Source: Eledone cirrhosa (taxonomy: Eukaryota). From it: a DNA stretch of 64,000 nucleotides. Location of the stretch: contig OZ024742.1 of assembly GCA_964016885.1 (NCBI GenBank), positions 263,872,001-263,936,000 on the forward strand, written 5' to 3'. Numbering within the stretch: the stretch's first letter is position 1; each line of letters starts with the position of its first letter. This document shows, piece after piece, positions 1-10,242 of the stretch. The position numbers and the translations under genes are program-made. Under the pieces are notes generated by a model. It ran no database searches, was not told where the DNA came from, and worked only from the letters and a program-made list of their open reading frames with translations.

Positions 1-1329
1 ATCTCTCTCTCACACTCTCTTTATCGTTCTCTATCTCACTCACACATGCGCATTCGCTCTCTGAGACGCAGACATATCTACACTATGTCTCACATACAAA
101 CACATACATATGCGCGCGCACACACACACACACATATATATGCTCGCACACACATGCGCTCCCTGCCTCTGTCTCTCTGATACACACACTCTCTCTCTCT
201 ATTACATATATCTTTCTTACTTCAGCCAACATCCAGTTTTACTCGTTTTACACTAACGAAGGCATATAACACACGTAACCATATCATACATTATATCTCT
301 TCTTCACCCCCTCTCTCTCTCTCCCTTACTTCTCTTTCTCTCATTCCACAGTTTATTTCTCTATTTCACTAACAATCCACACCTGCTCTATTATATATAC
401 ATATATATATTTACACACTTTTTGTATACTAGACTACTTCTTGTGTATGTACAATACATACACAAGCATAATACACACATAACACATACATGCTCATATA
501 CAGACATCATGCATGCATAACACTAAAATAGCTCATACAAACACGCACACACGCACACTTAGACACACACACACACAAAGCACGCACATACACACATACG
601 CACACACACACACACACACACACACAAAGCACGCACATACACACATATACACGCACATCCAATATAATATACATGAAAAAGCCTGTACGTGAACGCGCAG
701 TCTGCTGGAAATAACAACCAAATTTCTCTCAAATCACACCCTGCCGCCTTATATAAGGAATCGACACTTTCGATAGTACTTAAATGTCGCTAAAACAAGA
801 CTGGTTGTTCATGGCTGGAATGTCTTTTATACAGTTCTGTTCGTTTGGGTCTAACCCAGAATTTAGCAGTAACAACAACAAATAATCTATACGATTTATT
901 CACCCTTATTTCTACCCCTATGTTATATTCTTATATGTTATAATCTGCAAATATAACAGCTAAATCACAATCAAATCATTTCTTAAAAAGAATGAAAGAA
1001 TGAAATACACATTTGATAATGGATGTATTTTCCATAATATTCCTTCCTGGGTCTTTTCATTCAGAGCAAACCTAAGGCTGAACAACAACTAGTCTGTATT
1101 TCTGTATCATATAATCTCTCTCTTCCTTCTCCTCATCTCCCACACTCTCTCCACTTCCATCTCTCCCTTTCTCTCTCCACCTCCACCTCACTATCTCTCC
1201 CCCACTCCCTCTCCACTCCTCTCTCCAATTTAATCTTTCTTCCACTCCACCCTCTCTCCTCCATTGTTTCTGTTGTTATCTCCATTGTGGTTTTAGTGAA
1301 TTTGGCTAAAGTATTTAAAAAAATGTTGT

Positions 1330-1465
1330 TTGCTCTCAGTATGAGTACTGCTTGTACTCATTTTCAGCTTAGTGGACTGGACCAACATGAAACGAAGTGT
1401 TTAAACAAGAAAATAACGTACCATCCGGTCCAAGAATTGAACCAACGACCTTACGATCGTGACTA
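1330..1465 (-). mobile_element. Degenerate tRNA-like SINE fragment
   Basis: The minus strand has a B-box-like GGTTCAATTC (plus strand gaattgaacc at ~1434) and resembles the fragment near 30090-30155. Confidence 0.4.
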
Positions 1466-1769
1466 GCAGGACGCACAAGGGCCAATATATCTAATGTTGT
1501 AATGGTCACTTTGGCTAAAATGGAATGGTCAATTGCAATGATATTGTTGTATTAGAGATAATGTTTTGCCGAAGTGGCACTGGTCAATGTATTCAAAGAG
1601 GTTTGAATTTAGCTGATTTGCTGGTTGATTAGCTGGTTTGAATTTAGTTGGATTTATAACTGTCTATTACGATGACTTACGCAAAGAAATCGATGAATAG
1701 CCGGAGTGTGATCACTCTATGTTCACCATACAAATGATCAGTTTAAACATATTCCTCATACGTACGCGA

Positions 1770-1950
1770 TGGGGGATTGACAGTATCGACAGAGCGTCAG
1801 ACGCCATGCTTTGAAGCATAGCGTTATGGCCCTTTACGTTCTGAGTTCAAATCCCGCCGAGGTTAACTTTGCCTTTCATCCTTACGGGGTCGATAAAATA
1901 AAGTACCACTAAGGCACTGGCCTTGTGCCAAATGTAGAAACAATTATTAT
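1770..1950 (+). mobile_element. tRNA-derived SINE (family with GAGTTCAAATCC B-box)
   Basis: ctgagttcaaatcccgccgaggttaactttgcctttcatccttacggggtcgataaaataaagtacc...gtgccaaa.gtagaaacaattatta; near-identical copies at 42.8, 53.7, 53.9 and 58.9 kb. Confidence 0.8.
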
Positions 1951-1994
1951 ACGCACGAGCAAACACGCACATACACACATACAATCACAACTCT

Positions 1995-2345
1995 GATATA
2001 ACACCTGCAACCCTGATGGTATCCAATGATGTTGACTTGTTCTTCTTTTTGGTAAATATCATCTTGATTAAGAGAGTGGGACTGGCTTTGTGCAGTGCCT
2101 TTGCTCACTATAAAAGCTTCAAGGCACAGGCATTGCTTTATATCTGGAGATCTCTCTGCACTTGTCGTCACATGGTACCATGGGCCCAGCACTATGTGTC
2201 AATAATTGTCACAAGTGTAGTGTTTGTACCAGTTTTCAAGTCGCTGGCTGGACTAAAAAGTCACACTCGTTCAGTGCATCGGTAGGGGTTCTCCTACATG
2301 GATATAAAGTAGTGGCCTTACTCGAAAACGAGTTGGCAGCCACCA
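1995..2345 (-). repeat. Dispersed repeat, inverted copy of 43061-43390
   Basis: About 330 bp closely matches the reverse complement of 43061-43390 (ggtggctgccaactcgttttcgagta.ggccactact...). Confidence 0.75.
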
Positions 2346-2369
2346 TACATGTATGTATGTATGTATGTA

Positions 2370-2710
2370 TGTATCTCTTTCTCTTAATTTCGAGTATATT
2401 TTTTTGACCGGCCACCTTCCTGGTGGCAAGGTTGTAAAAGAAAAGAAATTGTCATCCCTTGAATCGCAAGAATGTTTTGCAAATTTTGAAGGTGCCAGCT
2501 ATCGCAGCCATTTGTAGACTATGAATTAGGGAGCTGCGCTTTTTGCCCGCAAATCCAAGTTCAGTCATACTTTGGTCCAAGCGGGTTGGTATATAACCCG
2601 TAGCTCCAATAATGATGGGTATGAAGCTAAAGGTGTATCTTGGATACTGGATTTGTAAACTCCTCATCAATGGTCCGTAGATGTCCTCCTTCTCCTGTAT
2701 TTTTCTGACA
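2370..2710 (-). mobile_element. 3' fragment of an RLE-type (restriction-like endonuclease) non-LTR retrotransposon inside (CATA)n
   Basis: The peptide KIQEKEDIYGPL...FIPIIIGATGYIP...LQMAAIAGTFKICK matches the K..KY..L / PIIIGA.G C-terminus of RLE elements. (TATG)n lies on both sides. Confidence 0.7.
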
Positions 2711-3057
2711 TGTATGTATGTATGTATGTATGTATGTATGTATGTATGTATGTATGTATGTATGTATGTATGTATGTATGTATGAATGCATGTATGTATG
2801 CATGTTATATATCGACTCTGTCTCACAGATGTATGTATGTATGTATGTATGTATGTATGTATGTATGTATGTATGTATGTATGTATGTATGTATGTATGC
2901 ATGTTATATATCGACTCTGTCTCACAGATGTATAGTTTCAGTAAATATCTGAAAATCTATAAGTACAGTAATTAGATATGTTTTTCATTTAACAGTTAGA
3001 TTAACTCGAATAACGTGATCTAATTAATTATATATATATTTATTACTAGTAATTACT

Positions 3058-3800
3058 GTGATTTGCTGATGACATAGCTCTGGTGACAAACACAGTGAAG
3101 GGGGCAGAGGAGTTGATGCGAGACGTGGAGACTGTGTGGATCAATATGGGGCTGAGAATCAATGAGAGTAAGACGACATATCTGGTAGAGAACATTAAGA
3201 AGCCAGAGAAGATTATGAATGTAGGCAGGAAGCCGCTAGAGTTGGTTGAGGACTTCCTATATCCAGGAGCAAATATTGGGAACACAGAGGATGATGTGGT
3301 GGAAAGGAGGCGCAAAGCCTTGGTGGCGTGTCACAGTTTGAGGTCGGATGTTCGTAATGACCTGAAGATCAGTCTCTTCGTCGCTACAGTGGAGTCTGTG
3401 CTGCTATATGAGGCTAAACTTGGACACTGACCAAAAGACTCACTCAGATGGGGGTAAGGTGCTACACGATGATGCTGAGGATCGCTCTGAACATTAATCA
3501 GTATGCCCTGAGGATGAAGAACTCAGAGCTCTACGGGAGCTTCCCAGAAAACAGCTCGAAAGTGACACAGACGAGACTGAGGTTAGTTGGACATGTTCAC
3601 CGACATTCACAGCTGACACTGCACTCAGTGGTCCTGTGGGAGCCCCTACACGGACACACTTGAGACCGATGATGACGTATATTGATGCCCTAAGGGCAGA
3701 CACTGATCTCTGGGAGACGAGGGACATAGCGGCGATGATGAAGGACAGAGACCGCTGGTGAGAACTTGTCCATGGATCTCGGGAATTTTACCCACTCTAG
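3058..3800 (+). mobile_element. 5'-truncated degenerate RTE-clade LINE (TA-associated family)
   Basis: FADDIALV, LRINESKT, VESVLLY, RLRLVGH motifs; same 3' end (ccatggatctcgggaattttaccc..ctag) as four other copies. Confidence 0.85.
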
Positions 3801-4545
3801 ATTGCTACGATTTTGACTAATAATTATAATTATCCTAATTTCGTAATCTGTCAACATAATACTAATTACTAACGTCAAGGACCGGAAAGAAACAACGATA
3901 CTACACACACTAACCATCAATCTTACTACAAAACACCAGTTCGACTAATATTATGAAATATCCCGAGACTTACAGCATTGCTCTTGACACGTAGTAAATA
4001 GAGTACGGCTTATATATTTCAATAGTGTTCCGATTCTCGCATTTTATGGTCTGCATGAAAGCCATTGGAGCCTTGGATGTTGTCAATGTAATTTTACAAA
4101 TGGAAGACATCGCCTAGAAATGGTAGATACTAGATATGCTAAACTCCTTTCCGCATGTATTGATACATGTTTGAAAGAAGCGTCTATGCTTTCATGTTTC
4201 TCAGACTTTCCGTTCCTGGGTAGACAGAGATTTAATTACAAGAAATATTCGAGTGATTATTCATACACACATACACACACATATATATATGAATATTAAT
4301 CATATATATATATATATATAGTTATATTTGGGGAGGGTCATATTTGCGTAATATTGCCAGAATTAATAACAGAACACACTCACTGTTTGGTTGGTTTTCG
4401 CTTCTCGCTGTCTTTTATATATATATATCTGCGATCTAACTTACTCGGTCCTCAATGTTGCCATTGACTGACCGGTGGTCAAAAATAATACAGATACAAT
4501 ATAGACACAAACACATATATATAGTTTACATAATTTACATAAATC

Positions 4546-4580
4546 TTTCGTTGCACATCTGCAACATCGTCAGTGGTGTT
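4546..4580 (-). ncRNA. Hammerhead-like core in the PLE pseudo-LTR (second copy at ~8679-8712)
   Basis: Minus strand reads CTGACGA-t-GTTGCA-gatg-TGCAAC-GAAA. Stem II is perfect, but stems I and III are not clearly resolved by eye. Confidence 0.5.
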
Positions 4581-4841
4581 ATATTCATTGTTCCTCCTGT
4601 TGTTTTGTATGTCTACGCCATTTTTTTTGTTCAGTCTGTCTATATATTTTTTTATTTATTTGCTTGTTTGTTTATCTTATTTTATTTTGTCTTCTTTGCG
4701 CATGCGTTTGCGTGTGTGTATAGTGTTGTGTGTGATGTGTGACTAGTGTGTATAGTGTTGTGTCTGCTGGGTGACTAGTGTGTGTTTATGTGCTTGTGTA
4801 TGTATTTATTTATCTTATTTTATTTTATTTTATTTACTTAT

Positions 4842-7800
4842 TTATACTTCTCTTAGGTCAGTGTTGTTTGTTTGGGTGTTGTTGTTGTTCCACTCATTCT
4901 TTCTGTTTAGCTTTGGTCTTCTAATTTCTATTTCACTGGCCTCTCTGATTTGCCTATCTGCTGGGTCATTCCTATGTTTAGATATTATTCTAATTTCTAT
5001 GTTGTCTATGTTACCGTCATGTTGTTGTCTAGCATGTTCGTATAGTACTGACCCGTTTTTTCGTCCTTTTAGTTCCCCCCAGTGTTGGTCTATCCTTTCA
5101 CCTATGCTACGAGCTGTCTCACCTATGTATGTTGTTGTCATGTTTCTGCAAGTACCCTCTGTACATCTTATGCTATAGACTACGTTTCTAGTTTTACAGT
5201 TTATCCGGGGGTTCACCTTACATATGATACATTTCCTATTAGTACAGTGGGTTTTCTTAAAAGGGTAGGTTTTGCTGATCAGGGATTTTATGGTGGTTCC
5301 TGGCTTTTCTACCACCTTTATTTTTAAGTGGGTCTTTCTCAGGGCCTTTCTACACTGGTTAGCTAATTTCCCTCCAGGGGTGGCGTCCACAAACATGACA
5401 CTCTGATATCTCTGGTTGTCGTACCATGATGTGGCCTTCCCTATCTTATGTCTAGCCCTATCTAAGCTATTCCATGATTTGCTCCTGTATAGTGGGCAAA
5501 CTCCTTTCATGTCCAGTTCTATGAGGGTTTTATACTTTTCCATGGCTCCTTCGTATACTCTGACTCTGTCTCTTTGGTTGTAGCCAGAGAACTGCATGCG
5601 GTTGATGAAGTGTTGGATGTGTCCTTCCATTTCTGTTGGGTCGCACATGCTGGACACATTCTTCATCACTCGTACCAAATCTGCGATCAGAATATTAAAC
5701 TTAGCACTACTGGACATTGCTGAGTTTTTGAGTATCAGGTATTTGGAGGCCATCGGTTTAGCATAGTGTGAGTGGAGAATTTGGGCTCTCTCGTCTATAG
5801 TGTTAATCCAGAGTTCTGTGTCTAATACAGGTAGTCTATTGTTAGGGTGTTTGGAAGGGAAGTCTATAGTTACAGTTATACTCTGGTGTATGGAATTAGC
5901 TATCTGCTGGATGCTTTCCATCGTGCTACGTTCTAAATCAAACTTGTTAGTGCTCTCTAGTGGGGGTGTTCTTATAACTATATTGATATCGTCTACATAA
6001 CGAGAGTACATGATGAGGTCTAAGGAGCTTTCATTAAGGAGATCTTTAAGTCTCCTTTCCCACCATACCATGAAAAGGTTGGCAACATCACCAGCTATGC
6101 TGACGCCGATGGCTGCTCCCTCATTTTGGGTGTAGATGTTCTCATTGAACTTAAATATGTGGCCCTTTAGGGTAGTTTTGATACTAGCCCCTATTGCATG
6201 CGCGACCATTTTTCTTAGCTGATCAATGTTTTGGGGGGTCCGTATAGCTTTGGTCCACCCAATCCACCTTCCTATGGGAGTCTTTTTAGCCATTGAGGTT
6301 ATGGTGGGGGGTCTACCTCTTATAGGTCTACTAGGGCAGAAACATCTAAGGTCATGGCTGTCTAGGTAGTCAGTGTCGTAGGTAAGTCTAAGTAGGAGGC
6401 CCAGTTCGTCTGTGTCGACGTCGCAGAACTCCACCTCACTCTCAATGATCATCTCCACACATCTTTTCACAGCAAAATCAATGTTAATGGATGGGTACAG
6501 TGACACCACATCCATGCTGCCTATTATGCAGTTGGATAGGCTCCTGTTTTTGTTGCACTCACTGATTCTGCTGAGGAGGTCCTCTGTACTTTCACATACA
6601 TCTGGGGACATCTTGATTATGGGGCGTATAACCATTGAGAGGAAGTAGGAGATCCTGCAGTTGCTAGCTATATTAGCTCCGCATACGGGTCTTGTTGGTG
6701 GTCCTGTTGTCGGGTCGTCGACTGTCTTGTGGTCTTTGCGGAGCCCATACAAGGGTGGTATGCCATTGTTAGACGCCTGGAAGTTGTTGGCAGTGCGTCT
6801 GCTTGGCTTTAGGATGTCAGTCCACATCATCATGTGAGCGTTGAGGATTTTTTCTCTCCCATCGTGTGTTAGTTGTGCAACTTCGCTCGTGTTGGTGATG
6901 TGGGGTTGCATTGCCTCGATGTAGTTCGGCATGCTATCTATTGACATCCTACCAGACTTATATGTGGGTAGACACACTACCTCACCATCCCTTGTACGCT
7001 GTTTGAGGCTAACCAAGCCTTCTACAGGTTTTATCCCAAGTTGTTGGGCCTCTGGTCTGCTCTGTCTCATAGTGTACCTGTCTACTACTTGTCTAATCTT
7101 ATTTCTAGCTATGGTGAACTGTGCCTCCGTCTCGTCATCTATTTGCTGTGGTATGCAAACTCTTTTATTAAAGGGTAACCTCGTAGGATAGATATTACCC
7201 ATCTTATATGTTTTGTCAGCTGGGTTGAAAAATAGTTTCTCTAAGGGGTTGTCGTTATTTCTATCGTCATAGTTGTATGTGTTGCTATTATTGTTATCAT
7301 GGTGGTTGTTGTTGTTTCTATCATTAGCATTAATATTATTATTGTTATGATTGCTAGATGTATTGTTGTTTACTTCACCGTTATTGTTGTTGTTGTTACT
7401 GCTATTTCTACCATTGTGGTTGTTACTATTATTATGTTTCTTGTTTTTGTTGATATTGTTACATGTACTATTTCTATTATTACCACTGTGTTTATTGTTG
7501 TTGTTGTTGTTCGTATTGTTACCGTTATTACTACTGTGGTCACTGTTGCTGTGTCTGTGGTTAACGTTTCTATTATTATTATTATTGTGGTTGTTGTTGT
7601 TCTGTCTATCGCTAGTATTATTGCCATTATCACTATTTCTCACTTTCCTGCCATTGTTATGGTTATGGCTGTTATTTCTATACCCAGAGTTATTGTTTAT
7701 ATTACTACTACCGTTATTATTGTTGTTGTTGTTTACCTTTGCATTCCAACGTATTTTTGTGAAACACTTTTCCAGCTCCGTTTTGCATTCCATAGGGTTA

Positions 7801-8474
7801 ATCTTTTTGTAGATGGCAAATTTTGGTGGTAACTTTAGGATTTGTTGTTCTTGTTCACTGATTAAAGTGTTCCCATAGATATTTACTGTGTGGTCATTGG
7901 TAAATTCTTCCGGTAGTTTTACATCACTCATACGGATGTTGTCGATGTTATCTGGGTATTTTTGAGAATATTCGATTTTCCTTTCTTGTAGTTTTTTCTT
8001 ATTCATCCATTCTAATTTCTTCTTGAAATGCCTACAGCATTCGTTTTGAGCATATTTCGTTTCGCGTCGGATGACGCTCATGAAGTCATCTCTCTCGTTT
8101 GCTGTGATGAGATTTCGGATTTCCTTACCGTTGATGCGTTTTTGTCTGTAGAGTGCGTTGACTTTTGTGTATGTTGTTCTTTTCATATTAACTGTTATTG
8201 TGTGTTTTAGTCGTTCAGCTTGTGTTTTGTTCAATAATAAATTATTTACTTGTTTTGATATGTTTGTTGTGTATGTTTTGGAGGAAACACAGTGTTTTAA
8301 GAAGCGGATTTGTTCTGTTGTTATTGTAGTTTTTATATAACAGAAAACAGTGTCTTTCAATAACCTTTCAGCTTGGCACAAGCTAATGCCATAGCGGCGA
8401 TGAATTAGTTTTGCGAGGTTTTTTATATGAAATCGTGTGTCGAAACAGATATTGTTATATTTGGGGAGGGTCAT
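4842..8474 (-). CDS. PLE polyprotein: reverse transcriptase + C-terminal GIY-YIG endonuclease, with poly-Asn insert
   Basis: 1210-aa ORF with LYGLRKDHK, RPVC, SMDVVSLYPSI, QNEGAAIG, YSRYVDD, LPVLD, Cys-rich linker (C..KCIIC...C) and NVVYSIRC...YIGETARSIGERIDQH...E...LN. Confidence 0.93.
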   Translation of the reverse strand: MTLPKYNNICFDTRFHIKNLAKLIHRRYGISLCQAERLLKDTVFCYIKTTITTEQIRFLKHCVSSKTYTTNISKQVNNLLLNKTQAERLKHTITVNMKRTTYTKVNALYRQKRINGKEIRNLITANERDDFMSVIRRETKYAQNECCRHFKKKLEWMNKKKLQERKIEYSQKYPDNIDNIRMSDVKLPEEFTNDHTVNIYGNTLISEQEQQILKLPPKFAIYKKINPMECKTELEKCFTKIRWNAKVNNNNNNNGSSNINNNSGYRNNSHNHNNGRKVRNSDNGNNTSDRQNNNNHNNNNNRNVNHRHSNSDHSSNNGNNTNNNNNNKHSGNNRNSTCNNINKNKKHNNSNNHNGRNSSNNNNNNGEVNNNTSSNHNNNNINANDRNNNNHHDNNNSNTYNYDDRNNDNPLEKLFFNPADKTYKMGNIYPTRLPFNKRVCIPQQIDDETEAQFTIARNKIRQVVDRYTMRQSRPEAQQLGIKPVEGLVSLKQRTRDGEVVCLPTYKSGRMSIDSMPNYIEAMQPHITNTSEVAQLTHDGREKILNAHMMMWTDILKPSRRTANNFQASNNGIPPLYGLRKDHKTVDDPTTGPPTRPVCGANIASNCRISYFLSMVIRPIIKMSPDVCESTEDLLSRISECNKNRSLSNCIIGSMDVVSLYPSINIDFAVKRCVEMIIESEVEFCDVDTDELGLLLRLTYDTDYLDSHDLRCFCPSRPIRGRPPTITSMAKKTPIGRWIGWTKAIRTPQNIDQLRKMVAHAIGASIKTTLKGHIFKFNENIYTQNEGAAIGVSIAGDVANLFMVWWERRLKDLLNESSLDLIMYSRYVDDINIVIRTPPLESTNKFDLERSTMESIQQIANSIHQSITVTIDFPSKHPNNRLPVLDTELWINTIDERAQILHSHYAKPMASKYLILKNSAMSSSAKFNILIADLVRVMKNVSSMCDPTEMEGHIQHFINRMQFSGYNQRDRVRVYEGAMEKYKTLIELDMKGVCPLYRSKSWNSLDRARHKIGKATSWYDNQRYQSVMFVDATPGGKLANQCRKALRKTHLKIKVVEKPGTTIKSLISKTYPFKKTHCTNRKCIICKVNPRINCKTRNVVYSIRCTEGTCRNMTTTYIGETARSIGERIDQHWGELKGRKNGSVLYEHARQQHDGNIDNIEIRIISKHRNDPADRQIREASEIEIRRPKLNRKNEWNNNNTQTNNTDLREV

Positions 8475-9004
8475 ATTTGCGTAATATGGCCAGAATTAAT
8501 AACAGAACACACTCACTGTTTGGTTGGTTTTCGCTTCTCGCTGTCTTTTATATATATATATCTGCGATCTAACTTACTCGGTCCTCAATGTTGCCATTGA
8601 CTGACCGGCGGTCAAAAATAATACAGATACAATATAGACACAAACACATATATATAGTTTACATAATTTACATAAATCTTTCGTTGCACATCTGCAACAT
8701 CGTCAGTGGTGTTATATTCATTGTTCCTCCTGTTGTGTTGTATGTCTACGCCATTTTTTTGTTCAGTCTGTCTATATATTTTTTTATTTATTTGCTTGTT
8801 TGTTTATCTTATTTTATTTTGTCTTCTTTGCGCATGCGTTTGCGTGTGTGTATAGTGTTGTGTGTGATGTGTGACTAGTGTGTATAGTGTTGTGTGTGTT
8901 GTGTGACTAGTGTGTATAGTGTTGTGTCTGCTGGGTGACTAGTGTGTGTTTATGTGCTTGTGTATGTATTTATTTATCTTATTTTATTTTATTTTATTTA
9001 CTTA

Positions 9005-10187
9005 TTATACTTCTCTTAGGTCAGTGTTGTTTGTTTGGGTGTTGTTGTTCCACTCATTCTTTCTGTTTAGCTTTGGTCTTCTAATTTCTATTTCACTGGC
9101 CTCTCTGATTTGCCTATCTGCTGGGTCATTCCTATGTTTAGATATTATTCTAATTTCTATGTTGTCTATGTTACCGTCATGTTGTTGTCTAGCATGTTCG
9201 TATAGTACTGACCCGTTTTTTCGTCCTTTTAGTTCCCCCCAGTGTTGGTCTATCCTTTCACCTATGCTACGAGCTGTCTCACCTATGTATGTTGTTGTCA
9301 TGTTTCTGCAAGTACCCTCTGTACATCTTATGCTATAGACTACGTTTCTAGTTTTACAGTTTATCCGGGGGTTCACCTTACATATGATACATTTCCTATT
9401 AGTACAGTGGGTTTTCTTAAAAGGGTAGGTTTTGCTGATCAGGGATTTTATGGTGGTTCCTGGCTTTTCTACCACCTTTATTTTTAAGTGGGTCTTTCTC
9501 AGGGCCTTTCTACACTGGTTAGCTAATTTCCCTCCAGGGGTGGCGTCCACAAACATGACACTCTGATATCTCTGGTTGTCGTACCATGATGTGGCCTTCC
9601 CTATCTTATGTCTAGCCCTATCTAAGCTATTCCATGATTTGCTCCTGTATAGTGGGCAAATTCCTTTCATGTCCAGTTCTATGAGGGTCTTATACTTTTC
9701 CATGGCTCCTTCGTATACTCTGACTCTGTCTCTTTGGTTGTAGCCAGAGAACTGCATGCGGTTGATGAAGTGTTGGATGTGTCCTTCCATTTCTGTTGGG
9801 TCGCACATGCTGGACACATTCTTCATCACTCGTACCAAATCTGCGATCAGAATATTAAACTTAGCACTACTGGACATTGCTGAGTTTTTGAGTATCAGGT
9901 ATTTGGAGGCCATCGGTTTAACATAGTGTGAGTGGAGAATTTGGGCTCCCTCGTCTATAGTGTTAATCCAGAGTTCTGTGTCTAATACAGGTAGTCTATT
10001 GTTAGGGTGTTTGGAAGGGAAGTCTATAGTTACAGTTATACTCTGGTGTATGGAATTAGCTATCTGCTGGATGCTTTCCATCGTGCTACGTTCTAAATCA
10101 AACTTGTTAGTACTCTCTAGTGGGGGTGTTCTTATAACTATATTGATATCGTCTACATAACGAGAGTACATGATGAGGTCTAAGGAG
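9005..10187 (-). pseudogene. 5'-truncated duplicate of the PLE ORF (RT C-terminus, thumb, GIY-YIG)
   Basis: 388-aa ORF identical to the C-terminus of 4842-8474 apart from a few substitutions (R>G, A>V, V>I) and one Asn indel. Confidence 0.9.
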
Positions 10188-10242
10188 ACTTAAAGATCTC
10201 CTTAATGAAAGCTCCTTACCTTGAGGCGAGGAGCCTTCACCA

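Larger units (their letters stand above)
4321..10218 (-). mobile_element. Penelope-like element in partial-tandem (pseudo-LTR) arrangement
   Basis: 4321-6027 is directly repeated at 8454-10187 with few differences. A 5'-truncated copy precedes the full ORF. The 3' end abuts (TA)n at 4303-4320. Confidence 0.92.

Noticed and set aside
1838-1860. Functional tRNA genes at the GTTCAAATCC motifs
   Set aside because: No cloverleaf is evident; the motifs are part of a multi-copy SINE.
7299-7832. Hydrophobic Leu/Val-rich ORFs on the plus strand
   Set aside because: Antisense shadows of the poly-Asn block of the PLE ORF.
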